NCBI RefSeq assembly: GCF_000009045.1
Contig: NC_000964.3
Coordinates: 2,640,001-2,672,000 of the forward strand
Reading direction: 5' to 3'
From: Bacillus subtilis subsp. subtilis str. 168
GTDB taxonomy: Bacteria; Bacillota; Bacilli; Bacillales; Bacillaceae
Length of the DNA stretch: 32,000 nt
A program made the translations under genes and the position numbers. The notes under the pieces were generated by a model, which worked only from the letters and a program-made list of their open reading frames with translations, had not been told where the DNA came from and made no database searches. This document shows positions 27,390 to 32,000 of this stretch, in pieces. Positions within the stretch are counted from its first letter, which is position 1; the number at the start of each line of letters is the position of its first letter.

Positions 27390-28490
27390 CTAAAATCTTG
27401 GATAGTTTCGGCCTCCAAGTTCTTGTATATCAAAAAAGTTAAATACACCATTTTTATCATCTACTGCCCTTTTCAGTGTTTCGTCTCCTCCGTAATTACA
27501 GTAGCACCAGATTTCAACGTAATCTCCTTTATTCATGGGTACAGTCGCATTGCCGTTTAAACCAAGATTCATCCCATTATCCTTTTCCTGAAAGTCTCCT
27601 CTTACATGGTGCAGTGTTTTATATGCTTTTCCATTTAGGTAAACCTTCAAATGAAAGTTTATATAAGATGTATAATTTAAGGTATATATACTTGCCCCGA
27701 TTAAGTACATTCCATCGTTCGGAGCAATAAATCGATTGTTTTTAGTATCAAAAGCATTATGGCTATCCTTGATGACCCTGTTAAATGCAATTTTAGTGTG
27801 ATCAATCTTTTTTAAATACTGAACACCTGTAGTTCCAATATTCGCATGAGCAAAACCTGATATCTTTTGCCACGGAGTCCAGCCTGAACCACTCCACCAG
27901 TGTCTAATCCAAACTCCTGTACTGTCATAGTAAGTCCCAGACTCATTCCCTGTTCCGTAAAAGTATTGAGTGAAACGGTAATTATTATATTTTTCATTTT
28001 TGACAATGCCATAACCCAAGGGGTAGCCTGTAGTATTTCCCTGCCCAATGTCCATTAAGGTCAGTCCTAAAGGATATTCTTCCCCTCCTGTTCTTGCATC
28101 TTGAATAGCATTGTCTCCAGTAATTAACGTCAGATTGTTATTTTTATAGTTGGTATCCACGTAATATTTTGCATCCGATAAAGCCTTATCCGCTTTTTCC
28201 TGAGCTCCGACAATTGTTTCTTTTGCATTCCAATTCTCCCGTTCCACTGGTGTAATGTGCCGTTGTAAATCATTACGATGCTCTTCAAATTCTTTTTTCG
28301 AAGCTTGCTGTACATTATCAACGTTCCCTAGCCCGATTTGCGCCTTTGTTGTATTGTGAGGGTTGTTCATGTCATTTTTATGTACAGCTAAATCTTTATG
28401 CGCATCTTGAATGCCTTTCTCCCAACGGTTCACATCATCTTCATTAATCGGATCGTCCGGGAGCCAATCTGTTTTTGCATCATAAGCCAT
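27390..28490 (-). CDS. yqcC: Phage tail fibre/receptor-type protein
   Basis: 366 aa; pyocin-knob-like C-terminal part GNAIQDARTGGEEYPLGLTLMDIGQGNTTGYPLGYGIV; TKAQIGLGNVDNVQQASKKEF repeat motif. Confidence 0.85.
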   Translation of the reverse strand: MAYDAKTDWLPDDPINEDDVNRWEKGIQDAHKDLAVHKNDMNNPHNTTKAQIGLGNVDNVQQASKKEFEEHRNDLQRHITPVERENWNAKETIVGAQEKADKALSDAKYYVDTNYKNNNLTLITGDNAIQDARTGGEEYPLGLTLMDIGQGNTTGYPLGYGIVKNEKYNNYRFTQYFYGTGNESGTYYDSTGVWIRHWWSGSGWTPWQKISGFAHANIGTTGVQYLKKIDHTKIAFNRVIKDSHNAFDTKNNRFIAPNDGMYLIGASIYTLNYTSYINFHLKVYLNGKAYKTLHHVRGDFQEKDNGMNLGLNGNATVPMNKGDYVEIWCYCNYGGDETLKRAVDDKNGVFNFFDIQELGGRNYPRF

Positions 28491-28492
28491 TG

Positions 28493-28765
28493 TTAAACCA
28501 CCTCAAAAGTAATCCTAAAATCTAGCGTTCTATTATTACTAACGTCTAAATCTGTTGTTCTTTCCGTAATCACGTTGTTTTGATCATCAAGTATCTGAAC
28601 ACTCTTAATATGTTTGATGTCTTCCTCTCGTTGAGTAAGCACCGTGACAACGGCACCCTGAATGGTGAGTTCCACAATTTCTGTTTCATTTCCATTCAGC
28701 AGCACTTTCGATATTCTATTTTTCAAATCTGCAGCTGTACGCTCTCTATAAAGCTGTGTAATCAT
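28493..28765 (-). CDS. yqcB: Small phage protein preceding the tail fibre gene
   Basis: 90 aa [37 protein letters not shown]; operon position. Confidence 0.8.
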
Positions 28766-29340
28766 ACAAGGACCACCTCGTTATTATTGAGCGTGACGGA
28801 ATAACCTACCTTTAGCTCACTTGCTTTTCGATACCTTCTGTTATTCAAAATGACAGTATCTTTTATTTGGAGTGGCTCATTCAAAGCAGCTCGCAAGGTA
28901 TATGCCAAATGAGCTGGCTTCATATTCTCCAATGTTTCTATGAGCTCGCTCATATGCTGCATATCATCTATATCAATATCAACCTTAAAACGGTACTCTC
29001 CGGGAAGCAGCCGAACCTGAGCTGACGGATTTTTCAGGAACCGGTTCAACGCGTGTTCAATGGCCCTATATGTTGCCGGCGGTATATTGGACATTTTAGA
29101 GATTAGGCGCAATCGGCGGATCTCATCGGTGTCACCTGATTCCCGCGGTACGTTCAAAATCTTTTCCCATCGTTCAAGCCCCCAGGTTGCCGTAGTAACA
29201 AACAGCTGATCTGTCAGATCAAAGATGCTGTTATTTTGCTTCTCAAATTCCGGAGCTTCCGCTTTAAGAAGTTCAGCCATTTCCTTTAACTTGGTAAGGA
29301 ACGGCGGCAGGTAAGCAGTCATTTCATCGAGTTTGCTCAA
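28762..29340 (-). CDS. yqcA: Phage baseplate/tail protein, DUF2313 (YmfQ-like, PBSX XkdU-like)
   Basis: 192 aa [32 protein letters not shown]...; operon position after baseplate J. Confidence 0.88.
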
Positions 29341-30370
29341 TGATGTTCACCTGCCCCAATTTAGGGATTTCGACGGCACTCAGAACCAAATTTTCGGCCA
29401 CGCCGTTGATTTTAATATCTGCGTAATCACTTACTGAAGGTGAATTGTAGACGATATTATTAATCTGCGATAAACGGATGACGTTATCTTCAAAGGCAAT
29501 CTTTTTAAAAAGATTTAAAACACCTGATTCAATTTCTTGCTTTACCTGATCGATAGAGCTATTGACCTCGGGAAGTACCTCGGCTGAAATCTCAACCTCT
29601 TTCCATACCGCACTCTCCACTGTGACAAAGGCACCTATTGGCGCTTGTCCCTCACCTTGTCCGGGTTCAGGATCAATATAGTTTTTCACCTTTGATATTA
29701 AAATATCGGAAGCAGGTTCCAAGTTAGCATTGGTCACGACAATTTTGACTGTACCGTCCCCGTTCCAAAGCGGAAAGACCTTTACCTTCCCCACTCCGTC
29801 TACTTCTTCAGCCCATTGTTTATAGTGTGCTTTATTGGCACTGACAGCTTCTCGACGCACGCGGGTAAAATATCTAGCTCTTAAACTGTCATCATCCTCT
29901 TCTTCACGTCCAGGAATCAGAATCTCTTTCACAATCGCTTTTTGAAGCCCAGGTATAGTGTCTAATGACAATAGATTCTGACCGGATATGTTTGCGTTCC
30001 CTGCTTCCCCCGCTGTTTCACACTCCAACGTCCCGTCAGCTGTGTATTGAAAATAAAGATTATCAACATAAAAGCGAGACCCTACAGGAATGGTCACGCC
30101 TTCAGTAAACTCCCCTGCCCTGACTGCTTTTGTGGCAGCAGTCCGCTCAATGCCTGCTTCAGTAGCTCGTCGATCTAAAAATTCCCCTTGGGCCGTGTCT
30201 GAGAAGACAAGTTCCAGAACAGTATCGAGCCAAATATAAGACTTGGCCAATTCTGCGGCTACAGGAGCTAACGCGTTATAAATCACGCTGCCTTCCCTTT
30301 TATCAATGTCCGCTGAAATGCTGTTCAACATTCGATCCATAATCGATTCATAGGTTTGATCTTCAAACAT
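29324..30370 (-). CDS. yqbT: Baseplate J-like protein (XkdT-like)
   Basis: [42 protein letters not shown]...; [41 protein letters not shown]. Confidence 0.93.
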
Positions 30371-30788
30371 CCTCGCCAAGCACCTCCTCGATCTCCAATG
30401 TTCCTTCGTCAGTCTCGACTGTAAAGGAGACACGGAACGATTCGCCTTGTTTTTCTATTTCAAAATCTGTAACAGCAGAAATCCGATCGTCATAGATCAG
30501 TGCTTCCTCTATCAGCCGAGGGATCTCCATTTTCTTATATGCGTCTGTTGTTTCGTTATCTGCCAGCACGTCTTGAAGTTCATTTCCAATGTCATGACTG
30601 TAAACAGAATATGCGTATCGCTCAGTATGGAGAGACAAATATACAAACTGCTTGATCGCTTCAAGGCCTGTGATGATTTCATTTGTGATACGGCCATTTT
30701 CAAAATCTATTTTGTAGGTTTGCGAGGTCTCTATGACTTCGCTGTCATCTTCTATATCCTCAAACTCGATTTCCGGAGACAAAGCCAT
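30363..30788 (-). CDS. yqbS: DUF2634 phage protein (XkdS-like)
   Basis: [71 protein letters not shown]. Confidence 0.9.
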
Positions 30789-30800
30789 TCCAAACACCTC

Positions 30801-31064
30801 CTATATTTTGTCGAGAATAAAAAATGATTGCCCGCCTTTTAAGGAGACAATCATCACACGCTCACCTGTATTTAATGCTTCTTCACCGGCCCGCAGCCGC
30901 TTTGGAACAATAATCAAATCAGCAGGTATTATTAATTTGTCATTTTCATTAAGCCTTATTTCAACAGGGGAAACGGAAACCACTTCAGCCGGTAGAATAT
31001 CCACTGGCGACTCAGAATCAACTGCACGGACAGCCAAATGTTTGATTGCTTCACTTAATCTCAT
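30801..31064 (-). CDS. yqbR: DUF2577 phage protein (XkdR-like)
   Basis: 87 aa MRLSEAIKHLAVRAVDSESPVDILPAEVVSVSPVEIRLNENDKLIIPADLIIVP. Confidence 0.88.
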   Translation of the reverse strand: MRLSEAIKHLAVRAVDSESPVDILPAEVVSVSPVEIRLNENDKLIIPADLIIVPKRLRAGEEALNTGERVMIVSLKGGQSFFILDKI

Positions 31065-32000
31065 GAGGAAACACCATCAGGGATAGAATTTTTCTCAACC
31101 ACATCAATGGTCATCGTGTGTGTCGATCCTTTAAATTCGTGTTTGTCTGTATCGATCCAGTATGTTTTCTTAACCCCGACTTCCGGAATTGAGATATAGA
31201 TGGGCAACCCGCTCTGAAGATCCGGAATGCCAATCGCTTGAATACTCTTGAGTTCTTTTTTAACACCTTTTTTCTGTGCCTGTTTGACTTTCGCACGCTC
31301 CTGAAGCTGCGCCTGGTTAATGTTATCAGAAACCGTTTCGACATACTGAAGCACACCATATTTACTGATCCCTGAGCTGTCACTTGCAGTGGCTGTGTAT
31401 GTTTTATTGTCTTTCTGCCGGCGGAGCTTTACTTTTGTGGCCGTGTCATTAATTGAAGTGCTGTATTGATAGCCGGTGATGTTCACACCCGTCTCCAACA
31501 CCCATACTTCTGACAGATCTGGCCAAGCGCGAAGGCCAAGCTTCCCCTTCGCAGAATATAATTGATAATTCCTTCCGGTTTGGCTTTTCGTTTGTTTCAA
31601 GGCTTTTAGAATCATGTCATAAAGGCTCGTATCATCTTTAAACACTAATGATTTAATGGTGTAACCTGTATTTGCAATGGATGTAGTCGGAATCTGAAAA
31701 TCTCGCGCCAACCGTTTTATAATCTCGTCTGCACGTTGATTTGAGAAAACATAAACATCTTTGTTCTTGACCAAATATTGCAGCATATCATAAGCCGTAA
31801 AAGTCATCCAGTGTTCTTCCGGATTGCGAGAAAACACAATGCCCCGGAACAGTTCTTTGCCCTTCCACTTAAATAAAACTGTATCCCCTTCAGATACGCT
31901 GTAATATGAATGGGTTCCCTGTTTCGTAATGATCTTGGCCGTAATCGATCGCGGCGCCTGATACCGTTGCCCTTCGAGGGAAACACTTTCAGTTACCAGC
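31061..32000 (-). CDS. yqbQ: XkdQ-like phage tail hub protein (5' end beyond the window)
   Basis: The frame stays open upstream of the track's GTG at 31837 to the edge: LVTESVSLEGQRYQAPRSITAKIITKQGTHSYYSVSEGDTVLFKWKGKELFRGIVFSRNPEEHWMTF... Confidence 0.9.
   Translation of the reverse strand, partial: LVTESVSLEGQRYQAPRSITAKIITKQGTHSYYSVSEGDTVLFKWKGKELFRGIVFSRNPEEHWMTFTAYDMLQYLVKNKDVYVFSNQRADEIIKRLARDFQIPTTSIANTGYTIKSLVFKDDTSLYDMILKALKQTKSQTGRNYQLYSAKGKLGLRAWPDLSEVWVLETGVNITGYQYSTSINDTATKVKLRRQKDNKTYTATASDSSGISKYGVLQYVETVSDNINQAQLQERAKVKQAQKKGVKKELKSIQAIGIPDLQSGLPIYISIPEVGVKKTYWIDTDKHEFKGSTHTMTIDVVEKNSIPDGVSS

Larger units (their letters stand above)
13334..32000. mobile_element. skin prophage-like element (left portion, continues past the window)
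   Basis: Serine recombinase, ars operon, rap/phr, LXG toxin and PBSX-like phage morphogenesis and lysis genes after the sigK disruption. Confidence 0.92.

Overview
The window is chromosomal DNA of Bacillus subtilis type, recognised from the proteins and gene order. It spans the late-competence comE locus, the yqeM-yqeG housekeeping operon, sda, and the left boundary of the 'skin' (sigK intervening) element. Gene assignments rest on protein sequence recognition from memory; no database search was run. Positions 1-12.8 kb are ordinary chromosome: comEB (partial), comEA, comER, yqeM, rsfS, yqeK, nadD, yqeI, aroE, yqeH, yqeG, sda, yqeF, cwlH, yqeD, yqeC, yqeB, nucB. At about 13.33 kb the 5' half of sigK (spoIVCB) runs into the element, which carries the serine recombinase spoIVCA, an arsenic operon (arsR-yqcK-acr3-arsC), yqcI, rapE-phrE, an LXG nuclease toxin with its immunity gene, yqxJ/yqxI, and PBSX-like prophage lysis and tail genes read leftward (cwlA, yqxH, yqxG, yqcE-yqcA, yqbT-yqbQ). 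I see no clear wholly undescribed system. The items most worth a second look are: (i) a cluster of DnaA boxes ahead of sda together with a possible ATT start codon for sda; (ii) small ORFs missing from the supplied track (30 aa YjcZ-like, 48 aa next to the toxin/immunity pair) and a 64 aa ORF overlapping the recombinase; (iii) a single-base-frameshifted possible immunity gene beside the LXG toxin; (iv) two matched ATCAA-N6-TTGAT dyads flanking the ars promoter; (v) ComA-like half sites and a long inverted repeat ahead of rapE; (vi) the yqxI/yqxJ secreted/cytosolic pair with a perfect palindrome upstream. No rRNA, tRNA or CRISPR array was seen.
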